DNA of 64,000 nt from an uncultured delta proteobacterium (lineage in GTDB: Bacteria > Myxococcota_A > Polyangia > Polyangiales > Polyangiaceae), in NCBI GenBank assembly GCA_963841435.1, contig CAWJCS010000006.1:224001-288000 (forward strand), written 5' to 3'. How positions within the stretch are numbered: the stretch's first letter is position 1; every line of letters starts with the position of its first letter. Below the pieces are notes generated by a model, which saw only the letters and a list, made by a program, of their open reading frames with translations, was not told the origin of the DNA and did no database searches. Below, piece after piece: positions 9,760-20,413 of this stretch. Both the position numbers and the translations under genes were made by a program.

Positions 9760-10250
9760 AGGAAGCAGCAGCTCCCCTCGCGCTCTCCCATCGCGACTCG
9801 CCGCCAGCGCCGCTCCCCCCTTGGGCTCGCGACGGATACGACTTCTTGCGCGCCAAGCTCGCGCTCGATCCCGAGCTCGTGTGCCCCCGAGGCGCGAACT
9901 GCGTTTCGGTCTACGCCGTTCTCTCGGAGGTCCGCGCCCTGCGCGAGGCCGCGGCTCCCCTGCTCCCCGAGCTCGTCTCCTTCCTCGAGTCCAAAAGCAC
10001 CTCCCTCCACATACCGACCCTTCTGGTGTTGAAGGGCATGCGCGAGAAGGCTCGCCCCGCCGTTCCCAAGCTGGTCACTCTCCTCGGGCGCGACCCGAAC
10101 TCGGGCTCGGACGACGTCGACAGCGAGACCTTCTTCGTCCTCGAGGCGATCGCAGCGGCACGCCCTTCCCCGGCGAGCGTGAAGCGAACTCTCCTCGGCA
10201 CGGTGCGACGGGATTCGGAGCGATTCGACAACGTCGCGGCGCCACCGCGG
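9760..10250 (+). pseudogene. HEAT-repeat-like protein fragment
   Basis: AAAPLLPELVSFL...KARPAVPKLVTLL repeats; no clean start or end; boundaries approximate. Confidence 0.35.
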
Positions 10251-10409
10251 GAGCTCCGGCCCTGGATGCTCATTGGGGGGAGGGCCGGCGCGCCGCCGAC
10301 GCTCGGCTGCACGTCTTCGCCCACGGCGATGAGCTTCGTGGCTTGGGACCTTCTTGCGTGGCGGTGCACGCGGTGCTTGGCACGCACGGCGACGCGCCGT
10401 GCCAGCCCG

Positions 10410-12332
10410 TTACATCGACACCTGGGAACCGACCTCGACGACGCGCTGCTGCGGCAGATTGAAGAACGCCGTGGGGCGGACGGCGTTTCGTGAAAGAAAC
10501 GAAAACAGGTGCGTGCGAACGCGAGCCATCGTGCCGCGTCCCTCGGGAAGCACGAGCTCGTTTCCGAGAAAGAACGTCGTGTACGCGATGGGTGGCGTGG
10601 GGGTGTCTTCCCTGGCCAGGAGCGCAACGACGTCCGGCTGCTCCATGAAGCCGTAGCGGGCAACCACGCGCGTGAATCCGTGGCTCAATCGCTCCACCCG
10701 GACCCGCTCGCCGTCATCGACACGGGAAACTTCTTCGATGACGATGGTGAGGAGCAGGACCTGCTCGTGCACCGCGTGGTTGTGCAAGAAATTGTGCATC
10801 AGCGCCCGTGGAGTTCCTGCGGGGTTGCCCGTCATGTAGACGGCCGTGCCAGGGACCCTTAGTGCCGGCTCGACGCTCAGAAGCTCGAAGAAATCGTCGA
10901 GTGGCACCATGTTGTCCTGGACCCGTTTGCCGAGCAGCGTCCTGCCCCGATACCAGGTCGTCATGATCGTGAACACGAGGGCTCCGACCGCCAGCGGAAA
11001 CCAGCCACCCGCGAAGAGCTTGACGATCATCGATCCGAAGAACGCGACGTCGGCGCTCAGAAACACGGTCGTGACGGCGATCGATTGCCACAGCTTCCAG
11101 CCCCAGAGCCGCTGCGTGACCACGAAGGCCAAGAGCGTCGTGATCAGCATCGTCGCGGTCAGCGCCACGCCATACGCGGACGCCACGTTGGTGGAATTCC
11201 GAAATCCCACCACGACCGCGATGGTCGTCACCATCAGCAGCCCGTTCACCAGTGGAACGTAGATCTGCCCTATCTCGCGCGCCGAGGTGTGTCGGATGAG
11301 GAGCCGCGGCAAGTAGCCGAGCTGCACGGCCTGCCGCGTCAACGAGAACGATCCCGAGATGATGGCCTGGGACGCGATGATCGCGGCCAGCGTGGCGAGC
11401 AGCAGCAGCGGGTAGCGGGCCCAGGCAGGAGCCAACAGGTAGAAAGGATTGTCGACTGCTTCCGGATTGGAGAGCACGAGCGCCCCTTGACCGAAATAGT
11501 TCAGGAGCAACGCTGGGCAAACCACGGCAAACCAGTCGAGCTGGATGGCCCGCTCGTGAAAGTGCCCGAGGTCGGCGTACAGCGCCTCACCCCCGGTCGC
11601 GACCAAGAAGACGGCGCCGAGAACGAGAAACCCCGAAAGGCCATTTTCGACGAAGAAGCGCACAGCGTGGACGGGATTGACGGCCGCAAGCACGCCTGGA
11701 AAAAAAAGGATACCGCGGATCCCGAGCACGGTTAGCGCCGCGAACCAGACGAGAATGACGGGCCCGAAGACGGCGCCGATCCCGGCGGTCCCGCGCTTCT
11801 GGAACAGGAACAGCCCGACCAGGATGGCCACGCTCAACGGGACCACGTATCGGCTGAAGTCGGCGTGCCCGACCTCGAGGCCCTCCATGGCTCCCAACAC
11901 CGAGATCGCCGGCGTGAGCACGCCGTCGGCGTAGAGCAGGGCTGCTCCGAACAGGCCGAGCACGAGGACCACCGAGCGCGCCCGCCCCGTGACCTTGCCG
12001 TGTACGAGCGCCATCAACGCGAGGATCCCACCCTCGCCCCGATTGTCGGCTCTGAGCACGTACACGTGGTACTTCAGCGTCACGACCACGACGACCGTCC
12101 AGAAGATGAGCGAGAGCACACCGAGGACGTTCCCCGTCGATACCGCGACAGCGTGGGATCCGCGAAAGCACTCTCGCACGGCGTAAAGAGGGCTGGTCCC
12201 GATATCACCGTAAACGACTCCGATGGCCGCCAGGCTCAACCCGAGCAGATAGCGGCCTCTTGGCGCCTCCTCGGCGCGGCGCGCTTCGCGGGCTTCGTTC
12301 ACGGGCTCCGATCCAGCGTCGAGGTCGAGCAT
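10410..12332 (-). CDS. kup: KUP/HAK/KT potassium transporter
   Basis: GVVYGDIGTSPLYA, ADNRGEGG, GEALYADLGHF, GQIYVP. Confidence 0.96.
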   Translation of the reverse strand: MLDLDAGSEPVNEAREARRAEEAPRGRYLLGLSLAAIGVVYGDIGTSPLYAVRECFRGSHAVAVSTGNVLGVLSLIFWTVVVVVTLKYHVYVLRADNRGEGGILALMALVHGKVTGRARSVVLVLGLFGAALLYADGVLTPAISVLGAMEGLEVGHADFSRYVVPLSVAILVGLFLFQKRGTAGIGAVFGPVILVWFAALTVLGIRGILFFPGVLAAVNPVHAVRFFVENGLSGFLVLGAVFLVATGGEALYADLGHFHERAIQLDWFAVVCPALLLNYFGQGALVLSNPEAVDNPFYLLAPAWARYPLLLLATLAAIIASQAIISGSFSLTRQAVQLGYLPRLLIRHTSAREIGQIYVPLVNGLLMVTTIAVVVGFRNSTNVASAYGVALTATMLITTLLAFVVTQRLWGWKLWQSIAVTTVFLSADVAFFGSMIVKLFAGGWFPLAVGALVFTIMTTWYRGRTLLGKRVQDNMVPLDDFFELLSVEPALRVPGTAVYMTGNPAGTPRALMHNFLHNHAVHEQVLLLTIVIEEVSRVDDGERVRVERLSHGFTRVVARYGFMEQPDVVALLAREDTPTPPIAYTTFFLGNELVLPEGRGTMARVRTHLFSFLSRNAVRPTAFFNLPQQRVVEVGSQVSM

Positions 12333-12417
12333 GGTCGAGGCCAGTCTGGCCTTCCCGTCGTCGGCGCGTTGCAAGGATTGCCGGCGCGGGCGTCAGGATT
12401 TCGTTAAGGGTCGTGCG

Positions 12418-13158
12418 TCAAGCTCGCGAGCGCGGCGCGGGCGCGGGCTCTTCGTCTCTCAGCCGATATCCGACACCGGGCTCGTTCGCCAAATAGCGCG
12501 GGCGCGTGGGATCCGGTTCGATCTTGTGGCGGATCTGGCCCATGAAGACGCGCAGATACGCGGTGTGCTCCACGTATGGCGCCCCCCACACCTCTCGGAG
12601 CAGCTGGCGGTGCGTGACCACCCTGCCGGCGTGCTGGACGAGCACGGCGAGCAACTTGTACTCCGTCGGCGTCAGGTGGACTTCCTTGCCGTCCGTGAAG
12701 ACCTGGCGTCGCGCCAAGTCCACTCGAAGCGCTCCCGTTTCGAACACCGCGTCGGCGCGGTCCGAAGCCCAATCGACGACGTGCCGGAGCGCGACCCGGA
12801 TCCGTGCCAAGAGCTCGCCCGTGCTGAACGGCTTGGTCAAGTAGTCGTCGGCTCCCTCGTCGAGGGCGCGGATCTTGTCCTCGTCGCGGCCGCGCGCGCT
12901 GATGACGATGATCGGTGCGCGCGTCCATTCCCTGAGACGCGTCGTCACCTCGATGCCGTCGATGTCAGGCAGGCCAAGGTCCAGCAAGATGACGTCCGGG
13001 TTGTGGCTTCCGGCCTGCACGAGGCCGTCTTTGCCGCTCGTGGTCTCCACCACCCGGTAGTCGTGCGCCGTGAGGGTTGCGCGCAGGAATCGGAGCACCT
13101 GTGGCTCGTCGTCCACGATCAAGACCAGCGGCCGTGGCCTCCCCGTCGCTTCACCCAT
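12418..13158 (-). CDS. kdpE: KdpE response regulator (REC + OmpR wHTH)
   Basis: LDLGLPD, GADDYLTKPF, LTPTEY...HRQLLREVWG...EPGVGYR; overlaps the kdpD stop. Confidence 0.93.
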   Translation of the reverse strand: MGEATGRPRPLVLIVDDEPQVLRFLRATLTAHDYRVVETTSGKDGLVQAGSHNPDVILLDLGLPDIDGIEVTTRLREWTRAPIIVISARGRDEDKIRALDEGADDYLTKPFSTGELLARIRVALRHVVDWASDRADAVFETGALRVDLARRQVFTDGKEVHLTPTEYKLLAVLVQHAGRVVTHRQLLREVWGAPYVEHTAYLRVFMGQIRHKIEPDPTRPRYLANEPGVGYRLRDEEPAPAPRSRA

Positions 13159-15862
13159 CGGAAAGCTCCGGGAGGCCGCCGTCGGGAGGCCGCCCCTCCA
13201 CGGGCAGCGTGAAGCGGACGCTGGTGCCGCCACCCGGGCGCGACGAGGCGTGGATCCGCCCACCGTGTGCGACGGCAATCGCTCGACAGATGGCCAGGCC
13301 GAGCCCGACGCCCGGCGGGCGCGTCGTGCCGTGGCCTGCGCGATAGAACTTCTCGAAGACGCGTTCCTCCTCGCCGGGGGACAGACCGGGCCCGCGATCA
13401 GCGACCTCTAGCTCGACTGACCCTGGTCCGCTCTCGGCCGTCACCTCGATCGCGGCCGTGGGCGGCGTATGTTTGGCGACGTTCTCGAGCAGGTTCACGA
13501 GCAGCTGTTCGACCAACACCGCGTCGAACGGGGCCAGCAAATCCCCGGGAACGCGCGTTTCGACCTCGCGACCTGCCAGCAGGGCGTCGACGCGATTCAG
13601 CGCGGCTCCGACGACTTCCTCGACGGATTGCCACTCTTTCGTGATGACGACCTGGCCCGATTCGAGACGCGTCATGTCGAGAACGTTGGAGATCAGCCGC
13701 TCGAGGCGATTGGTCCCCTCGACCAGTGTTTCGAGGAGCTCGCTCTGCGTGCTCGGGTCGAGCTTGTCGCGGTTGTCGGCGAGCGTGGTTGCCGCGCCCT
13801 TCATCACGGCCAGGGGGGTGCGCAGATCGTGCGAAACCGAGCTCAACAGCGTGCTGCGTAGCCGCTCGGCCTCGACGGTCACTCGGGCGCGCTCCGTTTC
13901 GCTCGCGAGCGTCGCGCGCTCGATGGCCATTGCCATTTGGGCGGCGAAGGCGTCGACCAGGCGTTGCTGCTCCGGGTCGCTGAAGCGCTCCGGGTCGTCC
14001 GCGAACGAGGCAAGGACGCCGAGCGGTTCGCCGCTGCCGCTCGAGCCCACGAGCGGCAGATAGTAGCCATCGTCGCCCGGCAAAGTGCTCGTACCGCGCC
14101 CGGCCTCGCGTCGGTTCGCCCACACCCACCCTGCGAGGTCCAGCTCGTGCGTCGCGGGAACGGCAAGCCCATCGGTCAGATAGCTGACCTCGAGCGCGCC
14201 GTCGGCCCCGCGCTGGAACAACGCTACCCTGCACTCCAGCGCCTCCTCGATATGACGCGCGGCTATCCTCGAGAGGTCGCTCGCGGCCTGGGCCCGCGAA
14301 AGCTCCCGGCTCATGGCGTACAGCATGGCGGTGCGTCGCTCCGTGCGTTGCGAGATGACCGCCTGGTCCCGAACGCGTTGGGTCAGCCCCGTGATGACGA
14401 GCGCGACCACGAGCATGACGCCGAAGGTGACGAGGTAACGCAGGTCGGCGACCGTGAACGCGTAGTACGGCGGAGTGAAGAAGAAGTCGAATGCCAGGAC
14501 CCCCAGCGTCGCCGCGAGCACCGAGGCTCCGAACCCCGTCCGCACGGACACCACGACGACCCCTAGGAGGTAGATCATCACGACGTCGGGCAGGTCGGTG
14601 CGTCCGAACAAGAGGGCGCTCACCACCGTGGCGCCGACGATGACGCCGGCCGCCGTCGCATACCCTCCTCGCCGGCGCGACGTGACACGGCTCGGGCGAG
14701 CGGGGGCATCCGTGGCGGACTCGCCGGCGGTAAAGTACACGTCGATTTCGCTTTCGCTGCCGAGGATGAGCTCGTCGACCAACGGCGTCGTGACCCGGTC
14801 CCGGAAGCGGCGCGACCGCGGCTTTCCGAGGACGATCTTGGTCACATCGTGCTCGCGTGCGAAGCGCAGGATCGTATCCGCGGCGTGCTCGGCGGCAAGC
14901 GTCACGGTTTCTGCGCCGAGCTCTTCGGCGAGCCGGAGGTTCGCGGCAGCGCGCGCACGATCGCCGGGCGGCAGCCTGAGCGTCGCCGGCGTCTCGACCA
15001 TGACCGCGTACCAGCGAGTGCGCAGGCTCGCCGCCATGCGCCGCCCGGTGCGCAACAGATCCGCGGAGTATGGGCTCGGACCGATGCAGACCAGCAGGCG
15101 GTCGCCGGCTCCCCATGCCTGCTCGACGCCATGAGCCCGGCGGTACTCGTCCATCTCCGCGTCAACGCGTTCCGCGGTGCGGCGCAGCGAAAGCTCGCGC
15201 ATCGCAATCAGGTTGCCCTTGCGGAGGAAGCTCTGGGCTGCCCGCTCTGTCCGCTCCGGGAGGTGTATCTTCCCCTCACGCAGGCGGGCGAGGAGCTTCT
15301 CCGGCGGTAGATCGATGAGCTTGATTTCGTGGGCGCCGTCGAGAATCGAATCCGGGACCGTATCGCGCACGCGTACACCCGTGATCTGGTAAACGACGTC
15401 GTTCAGGCTCTCGACGTGTTGCACGTTCAGCGTCGTGCACACGTCGATGCCTGCGTCGAGCAGCTCCTCGACGTCCTGCCAGCGCTTCGGGTGGCGCGTG
15501 CCTTCGGCGTTCGTGTGCGAAAGCTCGTCGATCAGCAGCAGCCGGGGCCGGCGCGAAAGCGCCGCGTCCAGATCGAGCTCCGGGACCTTCCGACCACCCT
15601 CGTCGAGCTCCTTGCTCTCTAGAAGCTCGAACCCGGCCAGCAGGGTCGCCGTCTCGAAGCGACCGTGCGTCTCCACGACCCCCGCGACCACGTCCACGCG
15701 CTCGACGTCGCGCTTGTAACCCGCCTCATCGAGCATCGCGAAGGTCTTGCCCACGCCCGGCGCCGCGCCGAAGTAGATCGTGAGCTGTCCGCGCGCCCGC
15801 TTGCGCTCCTCACCCTGCGCGCTCCGCAGCACAACGTCGAGGTCGGGCCGGGCCGCCGTCAT
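13151..15862 (-). CDS. kdpD: KdpD sensor histidine kinase
   Basis: GAAPGVGKT, DELSHTN..KRWQDVEELL, Usp domain, 4 TM, GAF, SHDLRTPL, HATPase. Confidence 0.96.
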   Translation of the reverse strand: MTAARPDLDVVLRSAQGEERKRARGQLTIYFGAAPGVGKTFAMLDEAGYKRDVERVDVVAGVVETHGRFETATLLAGFELLESKELDEGGRKVPELDLDAALSRRPRLLLIDELSHTNAEGTRHPKRWQDVEELLDAGIDVCTTLNVQHVESLNDVVYQITGVRVRDTVPDSILDGAHEIKLIDLPPEKLLARLREGKIHLPERTERAAQSFLRKGNLIAMRELSLRRTAERVDAEMDEYRRAHGVEQAWGAGDRLLVCIGPSPYSADLLRTGRRMAASLRTRWYAVMVETPATLRLPPGDRARAAANLRLAEELGAETVTLAAEHAADTILRFAREHDVTKIVLGKPRSRRFRDRVTTPLVDELILGSESEIDVYFTAGESATDAPARPSRVTSRRRGGYATAAGVIVGATVVSALLFGRTDLPDVVMIYLLGVVVVSVRTGFGASVLAATLGVLAFDFFFTPPYYAFTVADLRYLVTFGVMLVVALVITGLTQRVRDQAVISQRTERRTAMLYAMSRELSRAQAASDLSRIAARHIEEALECRVALFQRGADGALEVSYLTDGLAVPATHELDLAGWVWANRREAGRGTSTLPGDDGYYLPLVGSSGSGEPLGVLASFADDPERFSDPEQQRLVDAFAAQMAMAIERATLASETERARVTVEAERLRSTLLSSVSHDLRTPLAVMKGAATTLADNRDKLDPSTQSELLETLVEGTNRLERLISNVLDMTRLESGQVVITKEWQSVEEVVGAALNRVDALLAGREVETRVPGDLLAPFDAVLVEQLLVNLLENVAKHTPPTAAIEVTAESGPGSVELEVADRGPGLSPGEEERVFEKFYRAGHGTTRPPGVGLGLAICRAIAVAHGGRIHASSRPGGGTSVRFTLPVEGRPPDGGLPELSDG

Positions 15863-16037
15863 GGGTCCGATGCACCCTGACACACCTTGTATAAGGAACT
15901 TGCAAAATCAGCTGCTGGGGGGCTCCTTCGCCGCCGACCCAGCAACCGTCGGAGATTCGCCGCGCGTCAACCGGCAGACGAGCGGCGCCGCTTCAGGGGC
16001 ACCCTTTTGCGAGGGCGGTGATTGACTCGGGCCGCGG

Positions 16038-16260
16038 TCAGCGTGCGTGCTTCGCGACGCGCCAGACGCCACCCGTTTCCTGCGTGAAGTCGAGGTTGTC
16101 GGCGTCAACCGCGAGCGCGTGGGGGTTGGTGAGCGAAGAAACGATCGTGACGGCGTCGCCGCCGTCTCGCGGCGCGCTCTTGATCGAATCGCTGACGGCC
16201 CAGTACACGGACGTGTCGTCGAGGGCGAGCGCGGCGAGCGCGATGGAAGCCGGCCGGCGC
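16038..16260 (-). pseudogene. C-terminal remnant of a beta-propeller (DUF5050-like) protein
   Basis: LALDDTSVYWA...PHALAVDAD...GGVWRVAK resembles the repeats of 31915-32964; no N-terminus. Confidence 0.5.
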
Positions 16261-16645
16261 TCGAGCCGCCAGATCGGCGCGCCGCGGAGCGACATTCCGC
16301 ACCGCAGGCCCCCTCCGGCCACGCTCGTACGGCGACTCGGAACCTAGAGGCAGAAGTGGGCGGGTGGGAGAGGGTGCCTGACGATGCCCGCATTCTCGGG
16401 GCTCGGACTCTTCATCCTCCTCGGCGGCGGTGATTCGGCGGACGCTCGTGGCCTGGCCCGCCCTACGCTTCCGTTCCGAGCACAGCGTCCAATGCTTCGG
16501 CTCGCGAGCGTCCGGAAGCAGCCCCCCGCCTCTTCGAGGATTCGTCGGGGGGGCTTCCCGTCCGGATTCGCGAGGTTGGCGTAGCGAGAGCGAATTCCTC
16601 CACGGCAGCCGATCATTTTCGTGCTCCCCCCACAAAGGCGAGACG

Positions 16646-18025
16646 ATGCCGACCGATCTCGCATCGAGCCCGCCCGCTGGGTCGGGCCGGCCCGGGAAGG
16701 AGGCCGATGACCGCACGCTCGCCAACGAGCTCTTCGACCGCCTCTTCCCGATCTGCCGGAGCATTACCGGTCCGGGCATCGAACAGAGCTTGCACATTCT
16801 CGGGGAGGTACTGCCGCTCGAGCTCGTGCGCGTGCCCACTGGCACCCAGGTCTTCGACTGGACGATCCCACCCGAATGGCACTTGCGGGCCGCGCGCCTG
16901 AGCGGGCCGGACGGCCGCACGATCGCCGACGCAGCGACATCCAATCTCGCGATCGTCAACTTCTCGATCGGCGTCGATCGGCGCCTGTCGCTCGCCGAGC
17001 TCCGGGCGCATCTGCACTCCATCCCGCAGCTACCGGAGGCCGTTCCCTACGTCACGAGCTACTACGACAGGGGGTGGGGCTTTTGCCTGCCCCACCGCGT
17101 GCTCGAGGGGCTGGAGGAAGGGGAGTACCACGCGTTCATCGACGCCGAGCACCGAGACGGGCACCTGGTCTACGCCCACGGCACGCTGCCGGGGCGCACC
17201 TCGCGGGAAGTGCTGCTCACCTCGTACGCCTGCCACCCCTCGCTCGCGAACAACGAGCTCAGCGGCCCAATCGTACTTGCGTTGCTCTGGCGCCGGCTCG
17301 CGGCGTGGCCGAGCCGACGCTACACCTATCGTTTTCTAGTCGGGCCCGAGACCATCGGGGCGATCGCCTACCTTGCCGAGCACGGCGAGCACCTGCGCGC
17401 GAAGCTCGATGCAGGGCTGGTGCTCACCTGTGTCGGCGGCCCGATCACTCGCTTGAGCTACAAGACGACGCGCCGCGAGACCGCGCTCATCGACCGCACG
17501 GTCTTGGCGCTCAAAGATTAGGGAGATCTACAGATCGAGATCCGCCCCTTCGTGCCGCGGGGCTCGGACGAGCGGCAATACAACTCCCCCGGTTTCAATC
17601 TGCCGGTCGGCCAGATCGCCCGAAGCGTCTACGGCGAATACGAGGGCTATCACAACTCACTCGACACCAAGGCGTTCATGAGTATCGACTCGCTGGTCAA
17701 CAGCGCGAATCGCATCGAGCGGTTGCTCGAGGCCTTCGAAGGGGCAGGTCGTTTCCGCAACCTGAAGCCGTTCGGCGAGGTCCAGCTCGGTCGTCGGGGA
17801 CTCTACCCCAACAAGGTTGGCATGGGCGCTCGACGCGACGGAGACGCGTCGGCGGACGAACGGACGTTCGCAAGCCGCGTGGTGACGGTTCTCAACTACG
17901 GCGACGGCGAGCACGATATGATCGACATCGCCGCGCGCTGCGGCTGCCGCTTGCAGGAGCTTTCACCCGTGATCCAGCGACTCGAAGAGGCGGGACTCGT
18001 CGAGCTCTGCGGGGAGCCGCGATGA
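16646..18025 (+). pseudogene. DUF4910 (peptidase M28-like + HTH) protein interrupted by in-frame TAG at 17519-17521
   Basis: RSITGPG, PYVTSYY, CHPSLANNELSGP, GSDERQY, YHNSLD; ORFs 16430 and 17552 are in the same frame. Confidence 0.85.
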
Positions 18026-18819
18026 AGGTCGTTGCGCTCACCGGAGACGGCCCTCGGCATGCCTACATCGCGGCGGTGCTCGCTCGCGCGGGGTTGCTCG
18101 CAGGGCACGTCGTACAGACGCGCGAGCCGGCTCTGCCAGAGCCACCGCGCGGCATCGGACCCGAGCTCACGGCGCTGTTCGTGCGTCATTTCTCCGATCG
18201 CCAACGGATCGAGCAAGGCTTCTTCGCGAGCTTCGTGGAGCCGCACCCCGGTACCGCCGTGGTGCAGGTCTCACGACACGAGATTTCAGGGCCAAAGACG
18301 TGGGAGCTCATCGCTCGCGTGGCTCCCGACCTCGTGATCTCCTACGGAGTCGCGCGACTGGACGAGTCGACTCTCGCTCGCATGCCCGAAGCCCGTTGGA
18401 ACGTGCACGGCGGCTTGTCGCCCGCTTACCGTGGCGTCGCGACTCACTTCTGGCCGAGCTACATGCTCGAGCCACAGATGACCGGCATGACGCTCCACGA
18501 GCTCACCGAACGGCTGGATGGCGGCCCCATCGTCCATCAATCGGTCGGGCCACTCGTGGCGGGCGACGGGATCCACGAGCTCGCTTGCCGAACGGTGGAG
18601 CGCTTCGGCAGCGAGCTCGTGCGGGTGATCGAGCTTTTCGCCGCCGGCCGACTGACAGCGCCGAGGCCCCAGGAATCTGCCGGCAAGCTTTGGCTCGGTC
18701 GCGACTTTCGCCCCGAGCACCTGCGCCTGATCTACCAGACCTACCAAAACCGCATCGTCAACGCCTACCTCGGAGGTGAGCTACTCCCGCGCGAACCGAA
18801 GCTCTTGCGGCAGCTCTGA
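18022..18819 (+). CDS. Formyltransferase-family protein
   Basis: NVHGGLSPAYRG, GMTLHELTERLDGGPIVHQ; ATG overlaps the upstream stop. Confidence 0.85.
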   Translation: MKVVALTGDGPRHAYIAAVLARAGLLAGHVVQTREPALPEPPRGIGPELTALFVRHFSDRQRIEQGFFASFVEPHPGTAVVQVSRHEISGPKTWELIARVAPDLVISYGVARLDESTLARMPEARWNVHGGLSPAYRGVATHFWPSYMLEPQMTGMTLHELTERLDGGPIVHQSVGPLVAGDGIHELACRTVERFGSELVRVIELFAAGRLTAPRPQESAGKLWLGRDFRPEHLRLIYQTYQNRIVNAYLGGELLPREPKLLRQL

Positions 18820-18911
18820 GGCCTAGCAGTGATCCATTCTGGCGGGCGGGCGAGATCCACCCTTTGTTGCATGGGTGCGGACGAGGTGGCGAGATCGTGA
18901 AATGGCGCTCT

Positions 18912-20300
18912 TCACGGCGCGTTCGTTTCCGCGAGCCACTGCTTGGTCTTCGTCCCGAAGTCGTTGAGCGAGGTGAAATTCGCGTCGGTGAACATGGGCG
19001 GAGCCCAGCCGTTGTCCGTGACCCAGGCCGACCAGCTCGCCCCGTTGCCGTCGACCGTGGAGCGGAAATTGGCAAACCACATCGGGTCGTTCGTGCCACC
19101 GATCGCGTCGTTCGAAGCGAGGATGTAGCCCCATTCGGTGATGAACACGGGCACCTTGGCGGTCGCCGTCGCGAGCTGCTGCTCGGTCGTCGGGTCCCAG
19201 TTCCCAGGGTAGATGTGCATCGTGTACATCAGGTTCTCGCCCGTGAGCGGCGAGCTCGACGCATCACCCGGCTTCTGACACCAAGACATCGACGGCACGA
19301 TGACGATGTTGGCGGGCGCCGCGCTCCGGATCGTGTCCACCCACGCTTGCGCGCGCGGCTTGAAGGTGGCCCACGGCGTGCTGGCGTCCATCGGCTCGTT
19401 GAACGGCTCGTAGAGCACGTTGCTTCGATCCGCGTATTTGGGCGCCATGTACTGCCAGAACGCGGTGGCCTCCGACGCCGAGTCCCCGTCCGTGTCGTCG
19501 ATCTGGTGAAAATCGAGAATGACGTAGTAACCCTTCTCGGTGAAGTAATCGACCGAGGGGTCGAGCAGGTCCGACACGTACTGGTCCGCGCTCGGCCCGT
19601 TCTGCTGCCCGCCCGCGCCACTCGGGAACGGGTAGGGCGACGCGTACGGGTAGTTGCCGTTGTGCGAGACGCGCGGGTAGACCGGAATGCGTACGACCTT
19701 CGGCTCGAACCCGGCCGCGAGGATCTTGTCGATGCGCGTCTTCACCGCGCCAAAATCGTGGTCGGCGTACGCGTAGACTTGGCCGAGATCGATGAAGTCG
19801 ATGCCGCGCAACACGACCGTGTTGCCGCCGGCGTCGACGAGCTTCGGGCCTTCGACGTGGAGCGGTGGAATGCCGTTCGTGCCGCCGCCGCCCGTGCCGC
19901 CTTGGGGCATACCGGCGCCGCCGCTCGTGGTCCCGCCGCTACCCGCCGTGCCGCCTTGAGGCATGCCGGCGCTGCCGCTCGTGGTCCCGCCGCCGCCCCC
20001 CGAGCCGCCGGGGGCCGCGCCTGCAGTCGAGCCACCATTCCCGCCGGTACCGGGTCCGCCGGACGCTGCGCCGCCGCCCATGCCCTTGCCGGCCGCACCG
20101 CTCGCGCCACCCGATGCGGTGCTGCCACCCGATGCGGCGCTGCTGCCACCCGAGCTCGCCCCGCTCGCCCCGCTCGTGTTTCCGGAACCGCCGGACCCTG
20201 CGCCGGCGCTCGCGTCATCGTCGTCACCGGAGCTCTTCGAGCTGCAAGCGACGAGGAGAAGGAAGGCGGAGCAAAGGGTGTAACGGGGAAAGGTGCGCAT
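18912..20300 (-). CDS. GH5 glycoside hydrolase lipoprotein with Gly/Ser linker
   Basis: LLLVAC lipobox; YVILDFH, YEPFNEP (acid/base), HIY, FITEWG (nucleophile). Confidence 0.9.
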   Translation of the reverse strand: MRTFPRYTLCSAFLLLVACSSKSSGDDDDASAGAGSGGSGNTSGASGASSGGSSAASGGSTASGGASGAAGKGMGGGAASGGPGTGGNGGSTAGAAPGGSGGGGGTTSGSAGMPQGGTAGSGGTTSGGAGMPQGGTGGGGTNGIPPLHVEGPKLVDAGGNTVVLRGIDFIDLGQVYAYADHDFGAVKTRIDKILAAGFEPKVVRIPVYPRVSHNGNYPYASPYPFPSGAGGQQNGPSADQYVSDLLDPSVDYFTEKGYYVILDFHQIDDTDGDSASEATAFWQYMAPKYADRSNVLYEPFNEPMDASTPWATFKPRAQAWVDTIRSAAPANIVIVPSMSWCQKPGDASSSPLTGENLMYTMHIYPGNWDPTTEQQLATATAKVPVFITEWGYILASNDAIGGTNDPMWFANFRSTVDGNGASWSAWVTDNGWAPPMFTDANFTSLNDFGTKTKQWLAETNAP

Positions 20301-20413
20301 ATCGGGGAAGCGGATAAGCATGAGCCAGACGAGAGAGCGAGGCCAGGCGCTCGGCGGTGCCATGGCCGGAGGCGCGATGAGAAAAGTGCGGCCGGGTGCT
20401 GAGCTCGCGCCGC

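Noticed and set aside
17519-17521. Pyrrolysine or genetic-code reassignment
   Set aside because: TAG ends other genes normally here (e.g. czcA, groEL) and no pyl machinery is visible.
16876-18021. N-terminal extension of the 647-aa ORF
   Set aside because: Alternative frame overlapping DUF4910; the real start is ATG 18022.
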